From: a virus
Lineage: Duplodnaviria > Caudoviricetes
Strand: one strand, 5' to 3'
DNA length: 59,656 bases
IMG/VR virus record: IMGVR_UViG_3300009499_000123
Location: 1 to 59,656 of that record
In this document: positions 1 to 9,539 of the stretch, piece by piece
How positions within the stretch are numbered: position 1 is the stretch's first letter
How the letters are laid out: each line of letters opens with the position of its first letter
The notes under the pieces: generated by a model
Databases searched by the model: none
Told to the model about the DNA's origin: nothing
Seen by the model: the letters and a program-made list of their open reading frames with translations, nothing else
Made by a program: the position numbers and the translations under genes

Positions 1-123
1 GAATCGCCGTCGTAGAGCGTGTTCGTCCGCGATGCGGCGGTTAAATCAAATGACTGAACTAAGTATGTAGAACGCTCTGTAGAGGACTTGCGGACGCGGG
101 TTCGATTCCCGCCGGCTCCACCA
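1..123 (+). ncRNA. ssrA: tmRNA, 3' part (5' end lies outside the window)
   Basis: Ends in a tRNA-like T-arm and acceptor, GGACGCGGGTTCGATTCCCGCCGGCTCCACCA, preceded by the tmRNA-typical CTAAGTATGTAGA segment; no anticodon arm. Confidence 0.92.
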
Positions 124-129
124 ATATCG

Positions 130-160
130 AAACCCCAACCACTCTCGGTTGGGGTTTTTT
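130..160 (+). terminator. Rho-independent terminator after ssrA (probably island-supplied)
   Basis: AAACCCCAACC-actctc-GGTTGGGGTTT stem-loop running into a T-tract. Confidence 0.85.
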
Positions 161-408
161 CTTGCCTGATCGCAGCGGTTCCCGCGTGTTTGCGCGGATT
201 TCTGCGAACGCCTGCGGACTTCGCCGGCCGGCCAAGTGGCCCGTCCATGGCCGCTTTCCACTCTCTCCAGGCCATTCTTCTCTCCGGTCGTGCTCTCCGC
301 GAAAGGCCGGAAGTCCGCAAAGACCCTGATCTGCACCATTAAAAATCAACAAGTTACGCGCGGACCGATCAAGCGGTTGTTTTTCAGCATTGCCTACCCG
401 GAGGGAAC

Positions 409-858
409 TCATTTCGTCTCTGCGACGGCGCCGTGGAGCCTGGCGCGCTGCTCCTCCCATAGCGCCGGCGGATCGACAGCCAAGTCGAACAGCGTGACAT
501 GGTTCGGCATGGCATCGTCCAGGATAGCGGCAACGATGTCCGGCGCCAGCGTGGTCAAGTTGACCATGCGACTGACGTAGCTGTTGTCGATCCCTTCGGC
601 AGCGGCGATCTCCTTGAGGGACTTGGCCTCGCCCGACTCCAGTATGGCCAGCCACCGATGGCCTCTGGCCAGCGCCAGTTGCAGCGGTGTGGCCGCCGCG
701 TCCCACGGTCTGGCCTTGGTCGTTTCGCCGGTGGGCAGCGTGACCAGCTTGCGCCCGCTGCGCCGCTTGATCTGGATCGGCACCGACAACGTCAGCCGGC
801 CATCGCTGGCCTTGACGATGTCGGGCTCGCCCGTCTTGTGGATGCGGATCTCGCTCAT
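409..858 (-). CDS. Recombinase-associated small HTH protein
   Basis: ATG at 858 overlaps the recombinase stop (ATGA). HTH-like SLKEIAAAEGIDNSYVSRMVNL. Confidence 0.7.
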   Translation of the reverse strand: MSEIRIHKTGEPDIVKASDGRLTLSVPIQIKRRSGRKLVTLPTGETTKARPWDAAATPLQLALARGHRWLAILESGEAKSLKEIAAAEGIDNSYVSRMVNLTTLAPDIVAAILDDAMPNHVTLFDLAVDPPALWEEQRARLHGAVAETK

Positions 859-2210
859 GACAAGGCCTCCTCGGGCTGGGCAACGCCCGCCGGTTGCAGT
901 TCCAACACCAAGCGCTCGATGCCGTTGGCGCGCAATCGCACTTCGAGATCGTTGGGCGACACGATCACCTTCTCGACCAGCAGCTTGACGATGCGCGTCT
1001 GCTCGGCCGGGAACAGCTGGTCCCAAATCGTGTCGAGCCGTGTCATGGCGACCGTGACCTTGGCCTCGTCGAGACTGGGATCCAGTTCAATAGCGCGCGG
1101 CAGGACGTCGCCCAAGAGAGCCGGCGATCGCAGGATCGAGCGCAGCTGGTCCAGCACGGCGGATTCGAGTTCAGCGGCTGGTAGTCGCGGCAGCCCCGAC
1201 GCGCCCGCGTGCTCCTTGTTCTCGCGCTGCGGCACGTAGTAGCGGTAGCGCCGGCCGTTCTTCTTGGTGGTGTGCAACGGCGACAGCGCCCGTCCGTCGT
1301 TGCCGAATACGATGCCCTTGAGCAGGTACGGCACGGTCGCCCGGGTGGCATTGCCGCGCACCCGGCCGTTGGTGGCCAGGATGGCGTGCACCTGATCCCA
1401 CAACGCGCGGTCGATGATGGGTGGATGTTCGGCCTGGTACCACTGCTCCTTGTGGCGCAGTTCGCCGAGGTAGGTGCGGTTGTTGAGCAGCTTGTAGATC
1501 AGTCCCTTGTCGATCGGCTTGCCTTCGCGAGTCTTGCCGTCCTGCGTGGTCCATGCCTTGGAGGTCACGCCATCCAGCTTCAGCTCCTTGAACAGCAGCG
1601 TGCCGGAGCCGAGTTCGACGAAACGCTGGAAGATATTCCGGATGAGCTTGGCCTCCTTTTCGTTGGGTACCAGCCGCCGGTTCTCGACGTCGTAGCCGAG
1701 CGGCGGGACACCACCCATCCACATGCCCTTGCGCTTGCTGGCGGCGATCTTGTCGCGGATGCGCTCGCCCGTGACCTCGCGCTCGAACTGGGCGAAGGAC
1801 AGCAGGATGTTCAACATCAGTCGCCCCATCGACGTGGTGGTGTTGAACTGCTGGGTGACCGACACGAAGGACACGCCGTAGCGTTCGAACACCTCGACCA
1901 TCTTGGAGAAGTCGGCAAGGCTGCGTGTGAGGCGGTCGATCTTGTAAATGACGACCACATCGATCTTGCCCGCCTCGATGTCCGCCATCAGCCGCTTGAG
2001 TGCGGGACGATCCATGTTGCCGCCGGAGAACGCCGGATCGTCATAGTCATCTGCGACAGGAATCCAACCTTCGGCGCGTTGGCTGGCGATGTAGGCGTGG
2101 CCGGCATCGCGCTGGGCGTCGATGGAGTTGTATTCCTGGTCCAGCCCCTCATCGGTGGACTTGCGGGTGTAGACGGCGCAGCGCATGCGGCGCTTCAAAA
2201 CTTCGCTCAT
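855..2210 (-). CDS. Large serine recombinase (integrase)
   Basis: YTRKST catalytic-Ser motif, RPALKRL, DRLTRS, then a recombinase domain (PLGY, YLG) and a C-terminal extension; adjacent to the att site. Confidence 0.93.
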   Translation of the reverse strand: MSEVLKRRMRCAVYTRKSTDEGLDQEYNSIDAQRDAGHAYIASQRAEGWIPVADDYDDPAFSGGNMDRPALKRLMADIEAGKIDVVVIYKIDRLTRSLADFSKMVEVFERYGVSFVSVTQQFNTTTSMGRLMLNILLSFAQFEREVTGERIRDKIAASKRKGMWMGGVPPLGYDVENRRLVPNEKEAKLIRNIFQRFVELGSGTLLFKELKLDGVTSKAWTTQDGKTREGKPIDKGLIYKLLNNRTYLGELRHKEQWYQAEHPPIIDRALWDQVHAILATNGRVRGNATRATVPYLLKGIVFGNDGRALSPLHTTKKNGRRYRYYVPQRENKEHAGASGLPRLPAAELESAVLDQLRSILRSPALLGDVLPRAIELDPSLDEAKVTVAMTRLDTIWDQLFPAEQTRIVKLLVEKVIVSPNDLEVRLRANGIERLVLELQPAGVAQPEEALS

Positions 2211-2707
2211 CGCCGCGCTCCCTTCTTCGCCTTCGTCTTGGGTGTGGCGGGTGCCTTGAGCCCGAAGAACAGCGGCCCAGACCAGCGCGTGCCGGTGATT
2301 TCGCGGGCGATCATCGACAGGCTCGGGTACATCCGGCCCTGGAAGTCGTACTGACCGTCCTGGGTCACGATCACGCGGTGCTCAACGCCCTGGTACTCAC
2401 GGGTCAGCACGGTCCCGGCTGCCGGTCGGTAGTCGCGATCGCGCTTCTTGACCTTGCCGGTCTCGATCAAGGATGCGATGCGGCGCTTGTTGCGCTCCAG
2501 CAGGCCGACATCGACCTTGCGGAACTCCATCTCCTGCAGGCGGTAGGCAATGCGGCGCTCGAGAAACTGGCGGTTGTGGGTGGGCGTATCGCCGCCGAAG
2601 AGCCATAGCCAGAGCGCTTTGATTTCCGGCATAGGAAGCTCGGGCAATCGTGCGATCTGCGCAGCCACCGAGGGTGACGTGGTGAAGGTGCTTGTATTCG
2701 TTCTCAT
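2207..2707 (-). CDS. DUF2924-like protein
   Basis: RRIAYRLQE..GTVLTREYQG..SLSMIAREITGTRWSGPLFFGL signature; coupled to the recombinase gene. Confidence 0.85.
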   Translation of the reverse strand: MRTNTSTFTTSPSVAAQIARLPELPMPEIKALWLWLFGGDTPTHNRQFLERRIAYRLQEMEFRKVDVGLLERNKRRIASLIETGKVKKRDRDYRPAAGTVLTREYQGVEHRVIVTQDGQYDFQGRMYPSLSMIAREITGTRWSGPLFFGLKAPATPKTKAKKGARR

Positions 2708-2922
2708 CAGGACTCCGTTTTTGTGTTGTTGACGGTGTCTGAATGAACGCTCTGGTTGCCATGAAAGCCAAGTAAAACTTCGCTATCTTCAGCACTATCT
2801 GCGGACCGGAGATCGTCGGCCAGTCGAAGGCGCGCGATCCCATTTGCCAGCAACGACGCGAGCTCGCGCCGACGCTGTTCGGGGGTCATCCGGTCGGGTG
2901 GTATTTGGTTGATTGCGTGCAT
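2707..2922 (-). CDS. Hypothetical protein (71 aa), first gene of the recombinase operon
   Basis: GGAGAGG RBS upstream; stop overlaps the DUF2924 start. Confidence 0.65.
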   Translation of the reverse strand: MHAINQIPPDRMTPEQRRRELASLLANGIARLRLADDLRSADSAEDSEVLLGFHGNQSVHSDTVNNTKTES

Positions 2923-3213
2923 CGGTGTCGGTCCTCTCCGTCAAACTCGCTTGAATAGCGAAATTCTCCGGACGAATGCTGACCGACACCATGAGGGAGT
3001 TTCGGGCGCAGGCGTACTAGTGCGGGCCGCTGCGAATACACAGTATCGGCGCAGCCAGAACGCAGTGCCGTCAGAGCCCAAACCGCGCGCGAATCAGCCC
3101 GGCAAATGTTGGGCGAGGACTTCCTTGATACGCTGAATCGGCGTGTCGGATCGCCAGCCGAAGGCGTGACGGCGGAAGCGGGAACTGAACAGCCAGTTGC
3201 GCGCGCTCATGAT

Positions 3214-4122
3214 CTATCGCACAGGGAATTGGCCGTTGCGGATGAATCGGTCAAAGGTGTCCTCCTCAGCCTCTTCATCATGCCGAGGCCGTTGCCATTC
3301 GGCATCGGGCATCAACAGCAGCGTCAGTGTGTAGTCGTACTGCCCGGCCACGCGGGTCATTTCGGTGACGGGCATGCTCGCGGGCTCCCTTGGAAACCAG
3401 GACTGTGCGCGCCCCGTCTGCTGATCGCCTGCGTCCCAGCCGTTGTAGCTGTGGGCCAGCGCCTGGCGAGGCAACTCGACGGTGTTCTTGCGGGTGGCAA
3501 AGTATGCGCCGGACCGAAGGGCCGCCTCATTCGACTTGGCCCACAGCATGTGATCGTCACGGCTGGCTACCAACACGGCGCGCTTCGGGGCGATTTCGGT
3601 CCAGCGCAAGGCGGCGGCTGTCAGCGAAACACCGTAGCGATCGGCGCAGTGACCCAGCAGATCGAAGCTGATCGGCTGCCCATCCACTTGGCGCCGGAAA
3701 TCATCCAGCGGCATCAACAGGGTCGAGGCGAACGAGTCCGATTCGACCTCGATGTCGCGCTCATTGTTGTCCCCGGTTTCGATGTCGTCGCCACCGCACT
3801 CGAAGCGATCCTGTTGGTGGCGGTGCAGGAGGTAATGTCCAAACTCGTGCGCAATGGTGAAGCGCTTCCGACCTTCCGAGGCTGTTGCACTGTTGTAGAG
3901 GATCAGCCATTTCGAGCGCGACTTGTTGGCCGCCAACATGCCGTCGAAACCGTCCAGGTCTTCTCCCTGAACCTTGTCGATCGGCGACGCGGCAAAACAC
4001 TGGCGCGAATACTCCAGCGCCAGCTCATCGACCTTCACCGGAAATCGTTCGGTACCAAGCACCGCGTTGAGCATCTTCGAGATGCGGTTGGCCTCGGCCA
4101 TCGGTTTCTTGTGTTCGGTCAC
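3214..4122 (-). CDS. ImmA/IrrE-family Zn metallopeptidase, CapP-like
   Basis: RFTIAHEFGH (HExxH) followed by a loop Cys (RFEC), E..SDSFASTLLMP and a C-terminal GAF-like region. GTG start overlaps the stop of the upstream HTH gene. Confidence 0.88.
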   Translation of the reverse strand: MTEHKKPMAEANRISKMLNAVLGTERFPVKVDELALEYSRQCFAASPIDKVQGEDLDGFDGMLAANKSRSKWLILYNSATASEGRKRFTIAHEFGHYLLHRHQQDRFECGGDDIETGDNNERDIEVESDSFASTLLMPLDDFRRQVDGQPISFDLLGHCADRYGVSLTAAALRWTEIAPKRAVLVASRDDHMLWAKSNEAALRSGAYFATRKNTVELPRQALAHSYNGWDAGDQQTGRAQSWFPREPASMPVTEMTRVAGQYDYTLTLLLMPDAEWQRPRHDEEAEEDTFDRFIRNGQFPVR

Positions 4123-4442
4123 TCGTCGTCTTCCCAAGCATCGAGAATTTTGCGGATCTTCTTCTTGTCCGGCTCGGACATGGCTTTGAACTTGCGGAAG
4201 AACGCCTCATCGAGCACAGCCTCGTCTGGCGTCGCCGAGGACTCGGTGAGCAGGAACTCTGTGGTCACCTCGAGCACCGCCGCAATCTTGCTGATCTTGT
4301 CCGCCGACGGTTTCGGATCGTCTTTGTTCTCCAGCTCCCAGATGTAGCTCTTGCTGGACTCGGTCAACTCCGCCAGCTGTTCAAGGCTGAGCTTCTTCTG
4401 CTTACGCAGTGCACGGATCTTGTCGCCCAGGGGGGATGGCAC
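4119..4442 (-). CDS. XRE-family HTH repressor, CapH-like (107 aa)
   Basis: GTG start after GAGGAG. HTH LSLEQLAELTESSKSYIWELEN and C-terminal FFRK motif at residues 81-84. Confidence 0.88.
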   Translation of the reverse strand: MPSPLGDKIRALRKQKKLSLEQLAELTESSKSYIWELENKDDPKPSADKISKIAAVLEVTTEFLLTESSATPDEAVLDEAFFRKFKAMSEPDKKKIRKILDAWEDDE

Positions 4443-4510
4443 CGTCTTCTCCTCATTCGTCTGCTTCAACCCAAAAATGATACCACCATACCGAACAAAA
4501 CTGTACCTGC

Positions 4511-4564
4511 TTGACAAACCACTATCCGACCGGAAATAATCTGAATCGTTCGGTACGCCGAACG
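4511..4564 (+). promoter_or_regulatory. Sigma70-like promoter with downstream palindromic operator
   Basis: TTGACA (4511-4516), 18-bp spacer, AATAAT (4535-4540). Inverted repeat CGTTCGG-tacg-CCGAACG at 4547-4564 and a CCGAAC half-site at 4491. Confidence 0.6.
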
Positions 4565-4647
4565 TTATCGGTCTGAAATCCCCAACAAGAAGACGGGGGC
4601 CTGGGCTGGTGCCAACCCAATCAAAACCTTGCAAAGGGGGAATGTCG

Positions 4648-5877
4648 ATGAACGATGCTGAAAATCTGTCCAAGCTGCTCGGCCACCTGCCGCCGGCAGT
4701 CTTCCGTGAATTCATGGTGGGGGAATTCGGTCTGGCCATGCCGGAACTGGACAAAAAGCAGGGCAAACAGGACCAGCGCGCCGTCATGGAGCCGGTACTG
4801 TCGGCCCTGACGGTGAGCGAGCGCCAGAAGATCGAGGAAGTGGCCGAGCGCATCGTGCTGCTGTCGGACGGCGCCGGGCAGGACGTCATCGAAGGCATCA
4901 GTCAGGACATCTTCGGCGACGCAGAAAAAGCGGCGTTTGCCGCCATCCCGAATCAATATGAGCGCGCGCTGTGGCTTCACCTCCATGAGCCCGCGCTCTT
5001 CGAGGAGGCTTTGAACGCTCGCCAGGCCGACGTGTTCCGCCAGAGCGCGTCGTGCTATTCCGGCTACGTCGCGCCCAAGGACCTCACGGTGCTGGACGAC
5101 GCAACAGCGCGGCAGGCATTCCATCAGGCCGTCGCTCAGCACCTTGGTTGCGCGGCGGACACTGTCGCCGTCCAGGTCTTCAAGCGGCTGCGCCCCGACA
5201 CACTCACCGGCGAAGACGTCGACCTGTACCAGGTCAGCGTGCATCACAACCGCCCGCCCGAGATCATCGACCGCGTCCAGGCCAGCGAACTGGTGCCGCA
5301 GGAAGTCATCCGTGCGGTCTCCTCGCACATCACCTATGAGCCGGCCAACGGCCATCTGGAGGTCCTGTCCAAAGACACGGATGGCCGCGAGGCGCTGGCC
5401 CGCATCGTTGCGGACTCGCTGTTGCAGTCGCCCATCACCGGCGACAAGATTCCGCTGAAGCAATATGACTACCAGAGCCTGGCTGCCCCTCGCACCTTCG
5501 ATCTGTCCGGCGAGGACGTCGCGTCGGTCAAGGTGATCGAACTCGGCTACACCTTGGCCAACCACCGGTCCCTGCTGGTGAAAATCTGGTCCAAGGACGT
5601 CGACGACATCTACACTGCCGCCCGCTCACTGATCTCCCTGTCGTTCGATTTCCGCAACCACCATCTCAACTACGCAAAGCTGTCGATCCGCATCAAGAAG
5701 GTCGGCAAGGAACGTGCGCGCACGATCACGGTGATCCTGCGTGACGACAACAAGTGCAACGTCAAGACCAAGCGCGAAAAGGATCGGGCGCTGTGCGACC
5801 GTTTGCTGGCCAAGTGGCAGTTGGTGAAGGAAATCACAGATGTCGCCGAAGAGCCTGTCGACGCGCTCGTTGCTTGA
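4648..5877 (+). CDS. Hypothetical protein (~409 aa)
   Basis: Long ORF with AGGGGG RBS, divergent from the repressor; no motif recognised. Confidence 0.8.
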   Translation: MNDAENLSKLLGHLPPAVFREFMVGEFGLAMPELDKKQGKQDQRAVMEPVLSALTVSERQKIEEVAERIVLLSDGAGQDVIEGISQDIFGDAEKAAFAAIPNQYERALWLHLHEPALFEEALNARQADVFRQSASCYSGYVAPKDLTVLDDATARQAFHQAVAQHLGCAADTVAVQVFKRLRPDTLTGEDVDLYQVSVHHNRPPEIIDRVQASELVPQEVIRAVSSHITYEPANGHLEVLSKDTDGREALARIVADSLLQSPITGDKIPLKQYDYQSLAAPRTFDLSGEDVASVKVIELGYTLANHRSLLVKIWSKDVDDIYTAARSLISLSFDFRNHHLNYAKLSIRIKKVGKERARTITVILRDDNKCNVKTKREKDRALCDRLLAKWQLVKEITDVAEEPVDALVA

Positions 5878-6844
5878 TTTGCTCGATCTCTTCGAGCGAT
5901 CGGCCGATGCCATAGCCGATGGAGATGGTCAGCGACTGCATGGTGTGCCCGGTTGGGATCTGTCGCGCCGCGCGACGCTCTCCGACCGGGATCTCGCGCA
6001 ATGGACCGAACGTATCGGTTATGCCGGATGCTATCCGGCGCCCAGAGGTGACGAAAGCGTGCCGGTTGAAATCGAGGAAGACGATGACCCGGGACGCTAT
6101 CGCTACCGGTGCCCCGAGACCTTCCGTACCAAATACGTGTCTGCCGATCTGGTGGCGGTCCATGCCATCACCGACACCAAGCTGCTGAACTACCTGGCGG
6201 ACCTGCTCGGAATTCCACAGGCACATCGACGTGGCATCACGGCGCCTGCCATCGGTGGCGTGCTGTGGAATCTCGGCAAGATGCGCATAGCCGATGCGCA
6301 GGTCGACGTATGGCTGGCGCGAGCGCTTTCTTCATCCATCGATCGGGTCTTCGACCATTTCCGTGCGGCATCACAACCCGAACAGGGCTTGATCTTCACA
6401 ACGGGCCAAGCCCTGCCCGACATCGTGCCGCCGCCCCGGAGCTACCGCATCGTTCCGATTGCCAGCGTTCTGGTGGACTACGCGGTCAAGCCACACCTTG
6501 ATACCGACCTGATCCACCGCTTGCTGGTCGCACCGGCAGGCAGCAAAGAGGAAAAATCCCTCCCGGTTCGCTTCGACCCGTACTCCAACACACTGGTCAT
6601 CGCCACCAAGGCCGACAAGCCTTGGGCCATCAAGGGTGCCAAGCAGGTCGCCGTGGTGAAGTACCTGGTCGAACAGTTCGAAAACGGTCGCGCGCGAGTT
6701 TCTGCGGGAGACATTCTGGTCGCGGCTCACGGTTCACGGGAGGCCGCACGCGGCAAGCGGGTTCCGAGCATCTTCAGCAGCAACAGCCAGTGGCTCGACT
6801 ACATCGAACATGACGACGATGGGTATGGCATCAAGCTGGAATGA
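5840..6844 (+). CDS. Hypothetical protein (334 aa), possible C-terminal winged-HTH
   Basis: Overlaps the previous gene and is followed by a terminator. C-terminus (KQVAVVKYL..SAGDIL..VPSIF..GYGIK) resembles wHTH tails. Confidence 0.7.
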   Translation: MSPKSLSTRSLLDLLDLFERSADAIADGDGQRLHGVPGWDLSRRATLSDRDLAQWTERIGYAGCYPAPRGDESVPVEIEEDDDPGRYRYRCPETFRTKYVSADLVAVHAITDTKLLNYLADLLGIPQAHRRGITAPAIGGVLWNLGKMRIADAQVDVWLARALSSSIDRVFDHFRAASQPEQGLIFTTGQALPDIVPPPRSYRIVPIASVLVDYAVKPHLDTDLIHRLLVAPAGSKEEKSLPVRFDPYSNTLVIATKADKPWAIKGAKQVAVVKYLVEQFENGRARVSAGDILVAAHGSREAARGKRVPSIFSSNSQWLDYIEHDDDGYGIKLE

Positions 6845-6872
6845 ACCAGCGCCGACATTCATCCTCACGCAC

Positions 6873-6894
6873 AACCGCCTTCGGGCGGTTTTTT
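6873..6894 (+). terminator. Rho-independent terminator
   Basis: AACCGCC-ttcg-GGCGGTT followed by TTTT. Confidence 0.85.
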
Positions 6895-6922
6895 GCTTTC
6901 TGGGTCCCACTTTTTCCTGTTT

Positions 6923-6973
6923 TGGCTGAGCCCGTACATCAGCCCGTACATGGCGGTGGCTGACGCCCGTACA
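6923..6973 (+). repeat. Three direct repeats of GCCCGTACA upstream of the early operon
   Basis: Copies at 6930, 6942 and 6965; two are preceded by TGGCTGA. Confidence 0.7.
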
Positions 6974-7027
6974 GGCCGAATTTGAAGATGACCTCACGTT
7001 TTCGCAATCACCTGAAAGGAGAAAAAC

Positions 7028-7240
7028 GTGAGTGTCAAACACCTCAACCAACGCCAATTGGCCGACCGTTGGGACGTCAGCGAAGCCACCTTGGAACGCT
7101 GGCGGTCCGAAGGAATCGGTCCGGTCTTTCTGAAACTGCAAGGGCGTGTCCTGTACCGCCTTGAGGACGTCGAAGCCTTCGAGTCCGAGAGCCTGCGCAA
7201 GAGCACGTCCGAGCGCGTCGAAGCGGGAGGTGCGGCATGA
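7028..7240 (+). CDS. AlpA/Xis-like HTH DNA-binding protein
   Basis: LNQRQLADRWDVSEATLERWR..GP.F.K..GRVLYRLEDVEAFE, typical of MerR-like excisionases. Confidence 0.85.
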   Translation: MSVKHLNQRQLADRWDVSEATLERWRSEGIGPVFLKLQGRVLYRLEDVEAFESESLRKSTSERVEAGGAA

Positions 7241-7707
7241 ACCTCCTCTCCCCCGATCAAGTGCTGACCACGCCGGCCGGCGAACTCGCCCAGCAATCCG
7301 GCGAGTCGCTTTTCCAACTGAAGAACGACGCAGCTGACCTGCTGGCCGCTGCCAAAGCCATCGTCGAACACGTCGATCGCGCCCTGGATCTGAAGTACGC
7401 CCAACGCGCGCACGAACTGCGCCTGGCGGCCGGCAAAGACACCGGCGTCGTGCACTTCGATGACGGCCGTATCCGTATCACTGCCGACCTGCCCAAGAAA
7501 GTCGAGTGGGACCAGGCAAAGCTGGGCGACATCACCCGCCGCATCGCCGCCAACGGCGAAGACCCCGCCGAGTACGTCGAGATCAGCTACCGCGTCTCCG
7601 AAACCAAGTTCAACGCCTGGCCCGAGACGCTGAAGACCGCGTTCGCCTCGGCGCGAACGCTCAAGACCGGCAAGCCCGGGTTCCGTCTTGCATTGATTCA
7701 GGAGTGA
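7237..7707 (+). CDS. Phage hypothetical protein (recombination module)
   Basis: ATGA-coupled ORF with GGAGG RBS. Confidence 0.75.
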   Translation: MNLLSPDQVLTTPAGELAQQSGESLFQLKNDAADLLAAAKAIVEHVDRALDLKYAQRAHELRLAAGKDTGVVHFDDGRIRITADLPKKVEWDQAKLGDITRRIAANGEDPAEYVEISYRVSETKFNAWPETLKTAFASARTLKTGKPGFRLALIQE

Positions 7708-7712
7708 TCCCA

Positions 7713-8027
7713 ATGAAAACCAAAACCATGTTGATCGAGCTGCTGCGCAAGCAGCCCGAGATGTACCTGCGCGATCTGCCGGAAACGATCCGCATCCCGG
7801 CGCTCGGTGACAACCGTGCCGACGAGGTGGTGCGCCCGCTGGAGGACGCGACCGTTGATGACCTGGCCTTCGCGATCCAGGGCATGGAAGCCGAGTCCCG
7901 CGTTCAACACCGCCGCCTGCAGGGCTTGCGCGATCTGTATGACCTGGCCCGCAAGCGCGGCGCCTTGGGCGTCACCACGGTGGCTGCTGCATTCGCCGAT
8001 CTGGGTGGTGAAGGAGGCCGGAAATGA
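7713..8027 (+). CDS. Hypothetical protein (104 aa)
   Basis: AGGAG RBS; stop overlaps the next start. Confidence 0.7.
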   Translation: MKTKTMLIELLRKQPEMYLRDLPETIRIPALGDNRADEVVRPLEDATVDDLAFAIQGMEAESRVQHRRLQGLRDLYDLARKRGALGVTTVAAAFADLGGEGGRK

Positions 8028-8917
8028 GTCTGCCCATCATCACCGCAGACCAGCGTCTCGCAGAGCGCCGTGGCGTCAAGGGCGTGCTCGTTGGCAAGAG
8101 CGGCATCGGCAAGACCTCACAGCTCTGGACCTTGAAGCCAACGGCGACGCTGTTCTTCGACCTCGAGGCCGGCGATCTCGCCGTCGAAGGCTGGGCGGGC
8201 GACGCGATCCGCCCACGGACATGGCAGGAATGCCGCGACTTCGCCGTCTTCATCGGCGGCCCGAACCCGGCACTGCGCGAGGACCAGCCCTACAGCCAGG
8301 CGCACTTCGACGCGGTCTGCGATCGCTTTGGCGACCCGTCGGCTCTGGACAAGTACGAGACCGTCTTCGTCGACTCGATCACCGTGGCCGGACGCTTGTG
8401 CCTGCAGTGGTGCAAGGGCCAGCCACAGGCCTACTCGGAGAAGACCGGCAAGCCAGACAGCCGTGGCGCCTACGGTTTGATGGGCCAGGAAATGATCGGC
8501 TGGCTCACCCACTTGCAGCACACGCGCCGCAAGAACGTGTGGTTCGTCGGCATCTTGAACGAGGCCTTGGACGACTTCAACCGCCGGGTGTTTTCGCTGC
8601 AGATCGACGGCTCCAAGACCGGCCTCGAGCTGCCCGGAATCGTCGACGAGGTCGTGACCCTCGCCGAGCTCAAGGCCGACGACGGCAGCGGCTACCGCGC
8701 ATTCGTCTGCCACACGCTCAACCCATGGAACTACCCGGCCAAGGACCGTTCCGGTCGGCTCGACGCCATCGAGGAGCCGCATCTCGGCCGCCTGATGGAA
8801 AAGATCGCCGGCCCCGCGAGGCCCGCCACCGAGCGACTCGATTTCGCCCGTCCCAATCCGGCGTCTGCCTCTGATTCAGCTGCCGCCCCCGAATCCACTT
8901 CGACTCAGGAGTCCTGA
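8024..8917 (+). CDS. AAA_24/Sak4-like ATPase (phage recombination)
   Basis: Walker A GKSGIGKT, Walker B VFVDSIT and C-terminal AKDRSG. Confidence 0.85.
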   Translation: MSLPIITADQRLAERRGVKGVLVGKSGIGKTSQLWTLKPTATLFFDLEAGDLAVEGWAGDAIRPRTWQECRDFAVFIGGPNPALREDQPYSQAHFDAVCDRFGDPSALDKYETVFVDSITVAGRLCLQWCKGQPQAYSEKTGKPDSRGAYGLMGQEMIGWLTHLQHTRRKNVWFVGILNEALDDFNRRVFSLQIDGSKTGLELPGIVDEVVTLAELKADDGSGYRAFVCHTLNPWNYPAKDRSGRLDAIEEPHLGRLMEKIAGPARPATERLDFARPNPASASDSAAAPESTSTQES

Positions 8918-8918
8918 T

Positions 8919-9524
8919 ATGACTTATTTCGATTTCAATTCCGCTTCCGAACAGACGTCCTTCGATCTGATCCCGAAGGGCACCCTGGTCCGCGTCCGCA
9001 TGACCATCCGCCCGGGCGGCTTCGATGACGCGTCGCAAGGGTGGACTGGCGGCTATGCCACCCGCAATGCCGAGACCGGCTCGGTCTACCTCAGCTGCGA
9101 GTTCGTCGTGACGGACGGCGAGTTCGCCCGCCGCAAGATGTGGTCGCTCATCGGCCTGCACAGCCCCAAGGGGCCGGAATGGGCCAACATGGGCCGCACC
9201 TTCGTCAAGGCGGTCCTCAACTCGGCGCGTGGGGTGCACCCCGGCGACAACAGCCCTGCCGCACAGAACGCGCGACGCATCGGTGGATTCGCCGATCTGG
9301 ATGGCATCGAGTTCCTGGGCAAGGTCGACTGGGAGAAGGACAAGAACGGTCAGGACAAGAGCGTCATCAAGGCCGCCGTCACGCCGGACCACAAGGACTA
9401 CGCCGCGCTGATGGGCGGTGCGCGTCAGCCAGCACCTACGTCCCCCGCTGCCAGCGCTCCCAACGCGTATGCACAGGCCACCGGCCGAGCACCCGTTTCG
9501 GGCCGCCCCAGCTGGGCGCAGTGA
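8919..9524 (+). CDS. DUF669-like ssDNA-binding protein
   Basis: FDLIPKG N-terminus, flexible Pro/Ala tail ending PSWAQ, directly after the Sak4-like gene. Confidence 0.65.
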   Translation: MTYFDFNSASEQTSFDLIPKGTLVRVRMTIRPGGFDDASQGWTGGYATRNAETGSVYLSCEFVVTDGEFARRKMWSLIGLHSPKGPEWANMGRTFVKAVLNSARGVHPGDNSPAAQNARRIGGFADLDGIEFLGKVDWEKDKNGQDKSVIKAAVTPDHKDYAALMGGARQPAPTSPAASAPNAYAQATGRAPVSGRPSWAQ

Positions 9525-9539
9525 CGGAGGGCTAATCTC

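Noticed and set aside
46-342. Short ORFs overlapping the ssrA 3' end
   Set aside because: They overlap the structural RNA and its terminator and show no recognisable protein features.
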